NCBI GenBank assembly: GCA_037447605.1
Contig: CM074818.1
Location: 1 to 64,000, forward strand
Source: Zygnema circumcarinatum SAG 698-1b
Lineage: Eukaryota; Plantae; Zygnematophyceae
Direction of reading: 5' to 3'
Length of the DNA: 64,000 nt
The translations under genes and the position numbers were made by a program. The notes beneath the pieces were generated by a model. That model saw only the letters and a program-made list of their open reading frames with translations, was not told the origin of the DNA and did not search any database. Below, one piece after another: positions 47,401-60,500 of this stretch. Numbering within the stretch: the stretch's first letter is position 1; each line of letters opens with the position of its first letter.

Positions 47401-48425
47401 AGATCAAATAACAGGAAATATAAAAAGAAAAGGAAAAGAAAAGAATGAGAGGCGAATAGAAGGAGAGAGAACATACCACATCCATGTATCCACATGAATA
47501 GCTCGGTAATCTGAAGGAGAGAGGAGGGAGAGTAGGCAGGGAGGAAGGGCGAGGGAGTGGGAAAGAGGAAACCAGATGGAGTGGGGAAGAGAGATGGAGA
47601 GAGAGAAAGAGAGAGAGAGGGAAAGAGGGATAGGGAGGAGAGGGAGCGAGAGAGCAAGGACAGGAGAGAGANNNNNNNNNNCCAAAAGCACCTTCTCCAA
47701 ACTCTTATTGTATCGCACAATGCGAATTCTCACCTCGATCTGCGAACAATCCAATTTGACACCCAAAAACATTCAGATCTTGTCCTTTTTAAAAATAGCC
47801 GAGATGACTGATTGATTGATGCTGAATTTGATTTCAGTTAATTGTTGATAACCGGAATTTTGCAGATTATTTTTTGACCTGTGATGAAATCTGAACCTGT
47901 GGACCTTAGAAGATAATACAAACTGGCTTTGTGGTTACCAGTTTTTCGCGACAAACTCGGTGGTGAGGAGTGAGCAAATGCGCAATTCGCCGCGCTGCCT
48001 CTTTTATTTGATCGTCCACTGAAGCTCTGCTTAGGGGGAGAGATTCTCCTTCTTGGGCAGCTGTCAAGGGGGGGGGGGGGGGAAGGGGAGGGAGAGAGTG
48101 AGGGCAGAGAGAGGGATGAGACAGGGGTTAGATAAGTCGCACGGAAATAAAGCGCATTTCAACAACTTTTTTGTCGAAGGGTGTGATTACCGTCTGAATT
48201 ACTTTTGAAAAACAAAAAAGATAAAACAAAAGAAAAAGGGGAAAGGAAAGAGTGAAGAATGTTACAAGGACGAGCTGGGAGAGGAGGAGAGCCGCCAGAG
48301 AGCACATGCAGCACCACCAGAAGGTCCCCATCTCCAACAATCTTCTCAATAGCAAAATTTAAGACCTCCTGACCATTCAAAGTAGGTTCGACTGCAACCA
48401 CAACGGGCCGCCGCCTTGAATCCAT
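44434..48425 (-). CDS. Receptor-like cytoplasmic kinase with N-terminal USP-like domain (RLCK VI / RBK-like)
   Basis: N-terminal VVVAVE...VLNFAIEKIVGDGDLLVVLHV; kinase motifs GKGGFAEV, AVKRL, HRDVKTANILL, DFGLAK, GTLGYMAPE, KSDAYAFGVVLLELITGRRP and RPSMREV; C-terminal DIKQHMSLAL; stop at 44434-44436. Confidence 0.92.
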
Positions 48426-50337
48426 TCTTCAATTGAGTCACCAGTCTACTTTAAATAAGTAAAGCGTTGAACAATGATTCACGGGCATAAGAATTGGTTC
48501 TCCTTTCTATTTTAGCCCACTGTGGAGCCTCCCACTTTCCCTCTGTCTCTCTCTCTCTAGTTCTCGTGCGTCTCAATCTTTCCTCCCTCCTCCTCTCACT
48601 ATCATGCTTTATTGCTCTCCATTCAAATTTCTGACTTTTCCCTCCCTTCGCCTCTCCCTCCCACTCCCTCACCTCGACTTCTCCCTCCCCTGCACCTCCC
48701 CTCTCTCCCCTGCTCTATAATCTACCTCTTCCAACTCTCCCTATTCCTCTCACTCTTCCACTCCAGCTCCATCCCCTTTCCCCACAGCCACTCGGCCTCC
48801 CCCTCCGTCCCCCTCCCCTCCCCTCCCTGTTCCCCCCCTCCTTCCCCCTCCCCTCCCTCTCACTCTCCCTGTCCACTTCTCTCTCCCTCTCCCTCTCCCT
48901 CCCTCTCCCTCTCCCTCTCCCTCCCTCTCCCTGTCCCTCTCCCTCCCTCTCCCTGTCCCTCTCCCTCCCTCCCCTGTCCCCTCCCTTCTCCTTCTCCCAC
49001 CGTCCGTCCCTCTCCGGCCTCCACCAAGGTAGCCTCCCCGAGTGACGCCTTCCGGACAGCCGGACGTGACGCGTCGCTGCCGTCACCTTACACGTGCGAT
49101 TGACCTCCGACCGCCGGTCTGCACCCTCAGCCTAACGGTTCCCTCCGAGATCCGCGGAGGGCCGCGTTCACACCATCCGGCCCGCCACAACGACGAGGAT
49201 TCGTACCACTGTGAACGCGTAAAGTAGGACCAATCGGACCGGTTCCGTCCCGTGCGAACGGTTCCGTGGTGTGTGAACACCTCGGCGAGGGAACGGTTCC
49301 TCGTAGGACACACACGTGTGAGAAGAGTTAACTTTGTCGTGAAGGATGAGGTCAACGCGTTTCGTACATGTTGTGTACGAACGGACGGCCTGTGCGAGCG
49401 ACGTCCGATTGGAGGCATCCAACGGTGGGCCCATCGGACAGCGGTCTGCGGTGGGACGTTTGGGAGGCGACCGGGGGCGGCCTAGGACCTGGGAGCTTGC
49501 GCTTGTGGGGGGTTTGGGCATGCCAAGGTTGGACCACATGTCTGTAGGGCAGGGCGGGTCGTGCATGCTGACCACTGCCCTAGGCCAACATTGGCCAACA
49601 TTCGCATCATCGTGGGGCATGGGGATGCATGGCATGGGTCAAGGAAGTAGCATGGTGCACATATGCATGCAAGACGCCGGTTGGTAGACCATTCTGCGAC
49701 AGTCCCAAGTCATTTTTATCGCACAATGTTTCCAAGTTCTCCCAATAACGGCGTCACTGTCGCAGGACATTTCCGCCATGGTCGTGGCCTGCGAGGCTCA
49801 GCGGGCGCCTTCCCTGTCCGCCGACCAAAAGCGGTCGTCCGTACACTCTGAAAGCAGTCGCATCAGGACTTTTCCGGAACAGCGCTCAGCCGAAACGGTC
49901 CTTCGTACACTCAAGCATGTCCTTTTGGGCGGCTGGCCCTCGCATTCGTCCGTACATCCAGCCCCACCCCTGCACCGACACACCGACCGTATTTCGTCGC
50001 CACATGTCGGTCCTCCTTGGCGCGCACGGGTGGCATTCTGCAACGCGGCGCGCTGGGATCGAAGCAGCACCGTACGTTGCGTGCACTTTAACGCGAGGAC
50101 TTTTGGCCGGAGTGGCGCTGCAGTTCGTTTCGCACAAGACGAGATTCGCTCTAGTACAGACAAAATAACGTTTCGCTTAACAGCACAGTGCCGCTGTACC
50201 AAAAAACTGTACGGATGGACTCGGCACATCAGTCGGGTCCTGGTCCTAAGATTCAGAGTGAAAAGATTCAAATATGTACGAAAACGAGGCGTCACCCGCG
50301 ACCTAATGTACGGATGTCGGTGACCGGAGAACCGAGG

Positions 50338-50343
50338 AAAAAA
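50338..50343 (-). terminator. Pol III T6 terminator of tRNA-Ile
   Basis: Six T on the minus strand starting 4 nt after the discriminator base. Confidence 0.7.
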
Positions 50344-50346
50344 TAT

Positions 50347-50420
50347 TGGCCCATACAGGTCTCGAACCTGTGACCTTGGCGTTATTAGCACCACGCTCTA
50401 ACCAACTGAGCTAAAAGGCC
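50347..50420 (-). tRNA. tRNA-Ile (anticodon AAT), intronless
   Basis: GGCCTTTTAGCTCAGTTGGTTAGAGCGTGGTGCTAATAACGCCAAGGTCACAGGTTCGAGACCTGTATGGGCCA: 74 nt with A box, B box (GGTTCGAGACC) and a CT-AAT-AA anticodon loop. Confidence 0.97.
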
Positions 50421-50756
50421 ATGGGCAAAAGGTGTAAGCGTTTTTATTTCAACAATTACACCTCAATCATCTGCCCCTTTCCCCCTGTCCCACGCCTCGT
50501 GTTTGCCCCTCCCCCCCGGCCCCCCCGGGGCAGCGCGCCACGCGTCATGGTCCCGCCCTCGCTGCACGCCCTGCGAGGCCTCCCCCCTCCCTCTCCCTCC
50601 CTCCTTCCGCCTCTCCCTCTCTCCTCTCTCTCCTGCCGCTTCGCGTCCCTGAACCCCCTAAAACTCCAAACCTCCACTTGTCGTCTTTTGGCCCCTCACC
50701 TCTCCGCCCCGCCACGTGGCAGCAGGCGGGCGTTCTTTCTCCGCCGCGTGGCAGCC

Positions 50757-51655
50757 ATGGAAGGCGAAGGGGGCTCCGCAGAAGCAGAGGGCGGGGGTTC
50801 AGGGCCCGGTGCTGCGGACGACGTGGTGGTGCAGCACGTGGTGCTGCGGAGGGACCTGGAGTGGCCTCTGGGCAGCTTGATGGCGCAGGGCTGCCACGCG
50901 GCAGTCGCCGCCATATGGGAGCACCGGGAGGACCCCACCGTTCAGCGCTACTGCGGGGACATAGATCACATGCGCAAGGTGCGGCCCCTTGGGAATTCGC
51001 CCCTGTTTGTTTTCCTGCATTCATTCGTGAAGCGGTTGGGAATGTTGGGAAAGGGAAGTGCCCTTGCGGACTGTTTTTAGAGTTTGAAGGGCGCTCGTGG
51101 AACTGAGAGAGTGTGAGTATGGCCTTGAACCTTGCTATGTGTTGGAACTTCTAATACCATCAAGAGTTTTTGAAGGGCAGAAGAGAACCCGTGCGCAACT
51201 CTCTCGCACTCTCTCCCTCAGTCTCTCTCCCTCTCTCTCTCCCGCTTTCTCTCACCCTCTCTCTTTATTGACTCTAGGCATGATGTTGTAGGGCTGAAAT
51301 GTAAGATAGTTGTTGTTTTATTCCCATTTTAAGGACTTTGGGCCTTCAAATCTCCAACTAACGACCTTTCATCCGGAAACCTTCATTTCCAAAAATTCAG
51401 AACGATAACCGGAGCTGCTATCGTAATGAAACTTCTTTGATTTTTCCTTTCTCTGTTTTTTCGCAATTTCAGGTGGTCCTTGAAGTGAAGGGGGAAACGC
51501 AGCTCCGAAACCTTGCAGAGAAATTGAACGCAGCCGGAATCCGCCACAAGCTGTGGGTCGAGCAGCCGGAAAATATTCCGACATGTCTCGCCACCAAACC
51601 GTACTTAAAGAGCGAAGTCAACTCTCATTTCAAAAAATTGAAGCTTTGCAAATGA
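50757..51655 (+). CDS. PTRHD1: Putative peptidyl-tRNA hydrolase PTRHD1 (PTH2 superfamily)
   Basis: Two exons, 50757-50978 and 51473-51655: VVQHVVLRRDLEWPLGSLMAQGCHAAVAA...HMRK|VVLEVKGETQL...HKLWVEQPENIPTCLATKPY.K..V..HFKKLKLCK*. Confidence 0.92.
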
Positions 51656-51991
51656 TCAAATCAGAAGACAATAATTTGGAATGTGGGAAACCTTCAAACT
51701 TTGNNNNNNNNNNCCCCCCCCCCCCCCCCCCCCCTCAAACTGAAACCTTCTCTCGCCTTAGATCGACAATTTTCTATTCATTAGTCTGCGAGAAGTCCCT
51801 GTAACTTAATGAGTCACCATTCTGCCATGCTGAGCTCCCCAATTTATGGTTAAAGCTGCATCCTAAGACCTTGAACCCTACAAAAACTGCCATACTGAAT
51901 GTCGCCGGCCCCTCACTCCGATTGAAAGGCCATGACATGGCACGACTAAAGACTGTACATATGACAAAAGTACATGCAGCATGGTCCCTGT

Positions 51992-53646
51992 TCACATTGG
52001 CAGCAATATGTTCATGAACTTCCGTTTGGCGAAAGCGAGCCACCACTTGTTTGGAGCTCCGTCCGGTAAATACAAACGCTCTAACAGCCGCCCGCTGGTC
52101 TCTTCCCGCGCGCCCTTTATGTATGTGCGGAAGAGCTCTGCCAGGAAAAGTAGAAAGCCAACAAGTTAGTACGAGCCAGCATGTCGAAAAAGACGTTGTA
52201 GTCCAAAAACTCCCTAGTTTCGTCAGCACTACCTCCCATTTTTTTCTCTCCCTCTACCCCTTCCCACTCTCCTCCCTCCCTCCCTTCCCCCCTCCCACTT
52301 CCTCCGTTCACCCCCTCCCTCCTGCCCTCCCCTTCTCCCCCTCCCTCCCTTCCTCTTCCTCGTCCTCTCCCTCTCTCTCTCCCCCGTATCAATCGGACTT
52401 TCGTGGATGATAAGGATTAGAACTGGTGGATTTTTTTCGAGGAATTCAGGGTTTGAAGGACGGGCGTCTTTAACATGACGAGAGAGAGGGGGGCAGAGAG
52501 AGGGAAAGACAGAGAGAGAGAGAGATGCTTCATTCTGGCAAACCTTACCTGCCTCCTCTTTGCTTTCGGGTGTGCTCAAAAGGCCTCCTAGAGGAAACCC
52601 TAACTCTCCCGGAATTGGAAACTTTTCCAATCCAAGATTGATAAGCGCCTTAATTCCATCCGCCTCTGTTCTACACACTTCAATCTTTTTTAGCGCCATA
52701 TTAATGTAGAGAGTGAGATATATCAGCAGTTTATCAGCGGAACTTTTCACTTCAAATTTTCGAAAAAGTACGTTTGCTCGAAAAAAATTGATTGCCTCAT
52801 CGACTATGTCCTCCTCGTCTGTCGCACGCGAGACGACCAGCAGAGGAGAGTCAGGGTGACTGCGAGTAACTTCTTATGCACGAAAACTGAGAGAACGACA
52901 GAGAGAGAGAGAGAGAGAGAGGGGGAGAGGGAACCGGAGAGAGAGGTAGCCCATTGACTAACTGGTTTCACTGACGGCATATCTTTTGCACAATGGTTCA
53001 ACCCAACAAAAACGTCGGGAACAAAAATATTCTAGATCTTACGATTACTCAAAAACGAAAAAGACACAAACATCAATCTATATAAATCATAATCTCTTTC
53101 GTAGTGTATGAAAGAGCATGAGGCGGAGGCAGCAGACCAGCAGCGGAGCCGGAAGGGCCCTTGGCGGTGCTTCTGAGCGAAAGAAGGGGGCACCCGCATG
53201 CATGCTGCACGCCCTGCACATCGCTGAAGGAGGAGTGGTACACCTGGAAGCAGCATCACATTGCGCAGAGAGAGAGGGAGAGGGAGAGGGAGAGAAGAAG
53301 CGGGAGGGGGGGCGGGAGGGAGAGACAAAGGGAGGAGAAAAAATGAAAGGGGGAGGTGGGAGAGAGAGAGATCGAGAGAGGAAGAGAAATCGAGAGAGAG
53401 AAAGGGAAAGTATTTTAGGGTTTGGTGTTTCTCAGAATTTGACAAGTTTTCAATTTCAAGGCTTTTAGGTTCTAACAACATATCATGAGCTACATGGAGC
53501 ATTTAGCGCGTTGACGAATAACTCGGAGGTGCAGCGGGAAGAAGTGCAGCGGCATGATGTTGAGAAACGGGAAGGAGGATAGAGAGGGAGGGAGAAACAG
53601 GAGGGAAAAAATAATTAGAATTGAGAGATCGACGTGTGCGCACCAT
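51992..53646 (-). CDS. ARPC3: Arp2/3 complex subunit 3 (p21-Arc)
   Basis: ATG-only first exon (53646-53644, tentative), then VYHSSFSDVQGVQHACGCPLL, DIVDEAINFFRANVLFRKFEVKSSADKLLIYLTLYI, FPIPGELGFP and REETSGRLL...PNKWWLAFAKRKFMNILLPM*. Confidence 0.93.
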
Positions 53647-54049
53647 CTCGCCGGCCGAATGAGGAATGGATGACAGCGTGAATCACAAGGGAGCGCTGCC
53701 CGCCATGGCTGCCTCCCCTCCCCCTCCCCTCCCCCTCTCCTCTCTCCTTTCTCTCCTATCCTCTCCCCTCCTCTCTCCCCCTCTCCTCTCTCCACTCTCT
53801 CCAGCTCCGCAGGGGGAGGGAAGGCCCAAAAGGTACCTCCCATGCATCGCGATTCAGTATTTAACGATATTACGAGATATTTTACTGGCGATGTAATTCA
53901 ATAATATATATTTCGATATATTGTGGTATCCACTCTGGATATGATGCGATATAGAACATAGATATCGTGTCGTAAAATATCGATACGATATTCCTGTCAG
54001 GGCCTAAACCCTAACCCTAATCCCTGCCTCCTTGTGTCCAAGCAAGGCC

Positions 54050-57000
54050 ATGGCGATTAGGGTTTGCCGCCCCAGCATGGGGCGGCTGCAGCTCAAGCGC
54101 GCTGCCACGCGGCGCCTCCCTCTGAGAACATGTCTTCTCGCAGCGGCGTTCATCGTCCCCGCATGGTCCGCCGTGGCTGTTTGGAAACGGTTCCATGCGC
54201 CAACAACGCGCGTTCAGTTGCAGTTTCAAGGAGACGGTTGGTCTCGGGTCACTCTCCTCGTATGTGCTTAACACCAAAAAATGCAAAAAAAAATGGAAAG
54301 ACGAGGGGAAAAGAGAGGCAATGCAGGCCCTTCATTAGATTTATTTTTCGGATTTGTTCTCGATGTCTTTGTCTGGGCTTTGCAGATCGGCAATGGAATG
54401 TGTCAAAGAGTGAAGGATCGACAGCTGAAAGCCGGCCGTTGGCTGAAGGCCTACCACATGGCAGCTATCCAGCGGTTGAGATTTTGCGCGGCTCGTCCGG
54501 AACCTTACAATTAATCGAGGCGAACCCTAACGTTGTGCGGGATGCAAACCCTAACTCTAATCCTAGTCCTGAACTTAACTTGAACCTTAACCCTACTTTG
54601 ACACTGAAACTGAATTTGAGTCCTAATTCTAGTTTGTCTCTTAAGCATTTCCTTAACTCGAATGCTAACATTTATCCAAATCCTCGGCCGGATGTTCCTC
54701 TTGAACTGAAGATTGACCATAGCGTTAGCTCCAATGTGACACTTAACCCCAATTCCAGTCCTAAACGTACTTCTACCCTTGAATTAAGCTCCTCTCTCGA
54801 CCCTAACAATGACCCTGAAGCCACTTTTAATCCAAACCTTGATCCTATTCCCATTCCTGAATTCAAAGCTAACCCTGAGCTCAGTTCCTTTCTTTACTCA
54901 AACCCTATTCCTAGGCTGGACTCTGATTTAAAGTTCGGGGATAGCTCCGAATCTGGTGAGGAATCCTCAAAAATAAGAATGGTGAAAGAGGAAAAGGAGA
55001 CGGTAGGTCGAGGAGCGGTAGAGGGAGAGGGAGAAGGAGGGGAAGAAGAAAACGATAAGCTGACAGCTGGCACCCAATCAGAGAGCTTGGCACCCGGCAG
55101 AGAAGAAAAGTCCAGCTTACCTTTGGCCGGACGAGGGCTTTATATGCAGCGCCTGGGGGAACAGTTTATTTGTGATTTCGAAGATAGGTTTTCGGATGTA
55201 TGCATTATGCAGGGCGATGTTCGATTGGTCAGCAAAAAGAAAACCGTAGTTTTATTTTCAAAGTCGCTCCCATTTCGAGAGGAAAAAGTGATGCCGTATA
55301 CTCAGAAATGGCGAAGGAATGTGCTGCCCCCGATAAAAAAGGTTTCGCTTCTAAATGTCGGAAATTTTCCGGATAGGGTCGATGGTGAAAAAGAGAGGCA
55401 ATTAAGGAAAACCTTTGATCGGCAGAAAGTGCCGTGCGACGTGACACATCGTGCGCCAGGTGTCTTCTTCTCAGCGGGAGGATGGACAGGAGAAGGAAAC
55501 TTTTATCACGCCTTTAATGATGGTGAGGGCCAGTGCGAACCTCCTACCTGTCATGTTGTCGAGTATGTGCTTGAATGCCTACTGTTTTAGGATGGAGGGG
55601 GGAGATTTGTGAGAGAGAGCGGTATAATGTGGTGTTTGGAGGAATGCGGTGTGTGCATGATCGAGAGAGAGGGAGAGAGAGTGAGAGAGAGAAGGCCTGG
55701 GGAAGTAAGGAGTGAATGGAGTTCAAGGGGTGTTTTCTAAACTTCATGTCAAGGCTGTTAGTGACTGTTCCCTGCAGTCATCATTCCTCTGTACATCACG
55801 GTGCAGCATTTCCATGGAGCGGTGGTTTTGATCGTGGCGGAGGCAAAAGAATGGTGGCTCGCTCAGTTCTCTCCCCTTCTCGCCTCTCTCTCCCACTATC
55901 CCATCGTCCAACCAAAGAATGAGAACTGGACGCACTGCTTCCCTCACCTCATTGTCGGCCTTCGCAGCCATGGAGGAATGGAGGTCCATCCGGAGGCCAT
56001 GCCACAAGGAGAAGCTGAAGCCTCGTTTCAGGTATTAACCAGAAAACCTCCATATTTCCAAGATTCTAAAGACCCCTACGGACTCTGAAACAATTGAACA
56101 TCAAGTCAAGGTTTTCTCAAGTTCTTCAAAGCTCGGAGGCATTCTGAAGTTTGTAAGCAAGCAAGCATTTTTATCAAATTTCTGGACTCCAAATGTCAGG
56201 AGACCCGAAGCACTTGTAGAAGTAGTCCTGGATCCTGTCGAACTTTGAAACTCTCAAAAGACCAAAAACTCAGTTTCGGATTGAATACACTTTCTATTAT
56301 GCTGGTTTTCTGACAGATTTTTTTGAGAAAAAGTCTCAAGGCTCCTCCCCCGGACCTTTCCGAATCATCTGCCGAATGGAAATCCCGTCAAAATGTAATC
56401 CGACCAGTCGCCGGCAGTCATTGGGGAGACCTCCTTTCAGGTTTGAGCCAACCAGCGGTTGCCAGCTGTCCCTCCCAAACACAGATGAGAAATCTCATTG
56501 GTCACTGGCCCCTTCTTGTAATTCTGAGCCGAAAAGGTCGTTCTCGGATTTGGATGAATGAAGCCGAGTTTGTGAAGAGGGCCGGTGAAGAAGGATTTTG
56601 CGTTTTGGTCCTTCGAATGAATCGGCACACGCCATTTCCTGCAATCTATGAGCTGTTGCAAGCAGCGGATGTTGTCATTGGGGTGCATGGAGCTGCCATC
56701 ACAAACTTCGTATTCATGCGCCAGAATTCACTCTTATTTCAGGTACTATATCTGCTCCTCCTCCCTCCCTCCCTCCCGCCCTCCCTCCCTCCCTCCGCGC
56801 CATTCCCCCCCAGTCTCCTTTTACATTTCCTATGCTTGTTATGTTCTCCAGATTTCCCCCATTGGCACATTGTGGCTTTCAAAATATTGTTTCGGCGACC
56901 CTGCGATTCGCTTTGACTTGCGGTACATCTCACTGCCCCTTTCGGCCAATGAGAGCTCCCTCAGCAAAACCTATGGGCCCTCGGATCCCGTTATTGCCAC

Positions 57001-57160
57001 CCCCCAGGTTATAGCTGACACCAATTGGAGCTTGGCGCAAGAGCTCTACACAAGGGGCCAAAATGTGACCTTGTCCGAACAGAATTTACAGAAAATACTT
57101 AAAATAGCAAAAGGTCACGTGATGAAACATGGTCGAAATATAGACAAGGGCGGCTGCTGA
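54050..57160 (+). CDS. Glycosyltransferase family 61 (DUF563; xylan arabinosyl/xylosyltransferase-like), type II membrane protein
   Basis: N-terminal signal anchor, long stem, then SDVCIMQGDVR, EKVMPYTQKW, CDVTHRAPGVFFSAGGWTG.GNFYHAFND, IIPLYIT, HCFPHLIVGLRSH, LVILSRKG.SR, DVVIGVHGAAITNFVFMR and FGDPA. The first exon junction is uncertain. Confidence 0.88.
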
Positions 57161-57587
57161 AATGTTCAGGGTTAATTTATGAAATTTAATTTATTGTTTA
57201 TATTTTTTTATGAGTTCAAACAAGTGGCGAAATCTTAGCGTTGGCATCGGGAAGTCGACTTGCACTTGGCCTGTAATTTTGTGATTAATAAAGGGTGACA
57301 GCAAATACAATTCATTTTGTGTCATGGCAATGAAGAACAACGTGGGCTTTTGAACCATTGAGGTGCTTCAAATGTGGCATTTGAAACTGGCACTAGTTCA
57401 CTCGAGACACATTTTTGCCTCACTAACCTTACTCCCTACTTCTTCCCTCCCGGCAATCAAACGACCATCCTTTGGTGTCGCTTATCAAAATTCCCTCCAT
57501 CGCTCCCTCTCGTCCACTCGCTCCGTCCCTCCTTCCCTCCCTCCCTCCCTCCTCCTCCCCCACTGCATGCCTAACGCATGAAACGCC

Positions 57588-60500
57588 TCAGAACTGCGTT
57601 CTCCGCGACTTCCTCCGCTTCCGCGCACTGCCCTTCTTATTCTGTGGATCCGCCCGGGGAGATCCTCCACTTTGGGACATGTCGGAGAAGGGGTCCGCCC
57701 CGTCAAACATCCCCCCAGCCATGGCCTGCGCTATGAACTCCATGATCTCCTCATCCGTCATGCCATCCAGGTCGTATGGCATGTTCATGTTCATGCCCTC
57801 ATGCGCGGAAGGATGGGAGGAGCCCTTATGCCCTTTGGAGGTTGCTTTGCCTTTCCCAGTCCCTTCGGTCCCTGGAGGCCCTCTGCCCGTTTTGGAAGCA
57901 AAAGTGGGCTTATGCGTGTTCGGTGTGCACTTCATTCCCTGCCCACATCCGGAGGGTAGGTCAAAGGGGAAAGAGTTAGAGAAAGGGAGGGGCAGAGAGC
58001 AGGCCAAAGGACGAGGGAGGGCGATAGAGAGGGTTGGAGGAAGGTTAGACGGAGGAAAGGGAGAGCGAGAGGGAGGGAGAGAGGGAAAAAAGGAAGCAAA
58101 GGAAAGAGAACTTGGTACCCATAGCCATGAGTAATGGGGGTAGAGAGCGAGAGAGAGTATGGCACCCACCTGGCATTCGACCCATTCTGTAATTTCGTAC
58201 ACCTTTCCCTCCGATAATGTATAAGCTCTCAAAGGCCCCACCTGGCAGCCAAACCGTTTTCCTTCAATCAAACGCTGCCTCTGTAAACTCGTATGACAAC
58301 TTGGCAAGCTGGAAGCAAAATGTTACACAGCACTTCACTGTCCATCACAAGATCAGATTATTAGGGAGAGAGAGACGAGAGAGGGAGAGAGAGAGAGACT
58401 CAATAGGGAATGACTTACGGTCGGAACAATTCCGAAGAGAATGTATTCAGAAGACTGCTCCGCCCAGCCATCGCCTTCCTTTGCTGGATGGTAATCCTTA
58501 CATTCCTGAACCTCAAAATTCCAAATCATAAATCTGAATGGTGCTTCTTTCCTTTTATGCCCTTCCCATACTCCCTAAAAAGTGCACGGTTGGCCTCAAT
58601 ACATCACTCGAAATCAACACCGAGAAACCAGTCCAATAACAAACAAACATCAGCGTAGGGGCACCTTCAGAATTCAAATCTATGTTTAAAAAAAAAAAAA
58701 TCTAAGTGGAACGGATATAAGCGTGTCAACTTACTTGACACCATCGAGCCTCCGATTTGCTTCTTGTCGTACACTTCCAGACATGATTGCCTCCACATGC
58801 ACAGCATGCCACCATCTTGGCATCAGGGGGAAGTTTCTCATGCCCGTCTGCTTCCTGCACAGCCCAAATGCCAAAGGCCAAAGGCAGCCCCAAGATTATA
58901 ACAAAATCCCACCCATTGCCTGAAGCTTGAGCTTTTTGAAAGAGATTGTAAAGGAGTCCTGCCCACACACCCGTGCCTTCCGGAAACGCTGCCGAAGCTC
59001 CTCTGCAATCTCATGCCGACTTAACTCCTCATCATATTCTTTCCGCTTGCTCTCCTCCAGCAGTACCTGCTCCTCCCATGCCTCTGCTGCCATGCTTTTA
59101 AGGCAGCCATATTTAAGGTGCTATGCGTCCACATTGTCATCCTGCAGCTCTATTTTAACAGGCCAAACTTACTTCGCCATATGTCAACATCAGTGCTTGC
59201 TCAACAATGCCATGTACAGTTGAATTTTATGCCAGAGAAAGTTTTCGTCAGATAGAGTTGGTTGTCCATGCAGACATTTCATTGGAGGTTAGAAAAGCAA
59301 GAAGGTGTAAAACCGTAAAAGCAGCCAAGGGGCTGCAAGCTCCTCCTCAGGCTCACCTCATATGCATTTTGCAAACGTTTGAATGCGTCACACGCCTCGT
59401 CATTCCCCTTGTGCTTGTCTGGATGGACCAGCACAGCCTGTCCTCCCAGTACGAAAATACATTGACATTGTAAAGGCTCTGCTATCTCTCTCTCCCCAGC
59501 ACGCCCTCCCTTTCTTACACTCTCTAGGACATTGCCATCTGGTTTAGATATGGCCTATTGGATCCATTATTTTCATAAGCTTCAGCAGAGCACACAGACT
59601 TTGACGCTCTTACCTTTCTTCGGTACTCTCGTTTGACCACTAATGGATCAAATTCTGCGTATCTCTCTAACCCAAAAACGGCGTAATGATCTTCGCACCG
59701 CAGCACTCGCGCCACCTCATCCTCCGGACCCAACTCGCCCTCCCCTCGCCCACTACTAGAGACCCCCTCTGATGAGCAGTGGCGAGCTTCTTCAGAGCTT
59801 CCACTGGGAGAGAGAGGCACAGAGTCCCCAGGTCCACTAAAAGGTGGTCCTGAGTTTGCCCTTCTGAATCTCTCAAAAAAGCTCGAAAAGCTGCCACTTG
59901 AGCTTGCAGGAGGGGAACCCCTAGTGCCCCCCCCTGCAGCTTCACCCTCTGCAGAACGGGACTTTTGCCAGCCTCCAAACTTGGCCTTATTTTCCTTTGA
60001 GAAAGTGCTCTTTCTCCCATCCGTCCTCCATGGACCCCCAGGGAATGACCACGGATGCTTCTCGGACTGCGGAGTGTCCTGAAAGCTGCCTGTTTTGGGG
60101 GAAGAACTTCTACCAGGTCCTCTACTTTGCCTATTTCTACCTCTACCACTACCACTGGGCTCTTCCTGCTGCGGTGTAAAGTCAGTCCGGGATGTGCTGT
60201 CAGAGTCAGGAAATGTATCAGCCCACGTTCTCTGCCTCTCAGGCTTAGCCCAAAACTGCTCTCCTCTCCCCCCCCTTTCGTCTTCCCCCCTCCAATCTCC
60301 GTTCGTATGCTTTGTCCCCCCTGCTCCGTGGCTGACTTCCGGAGCTGCAGCTTTATCTTGTATGTAATGACCAAAGAGGTCGCTTGCAATGCATGCCAAG
60401 CTCCAACAAATAAGCAGCGCTGTGAAGCCCCCCTGCATGAAGGTGCTGTAGAGGGAGTAGATGAGGGCAGTGCTAATGGCAGGCTTGAACATCTTCACAG

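Noticed and set aside
49050-50340. GC-rich region with several 9-11-bp inverted repeats and 150-200-aa ORFs as a possible transposon
   Set aside because: I could not find paired terminal repeats, a TSD or transposase motifs; long ORFs are expected at this GC content.
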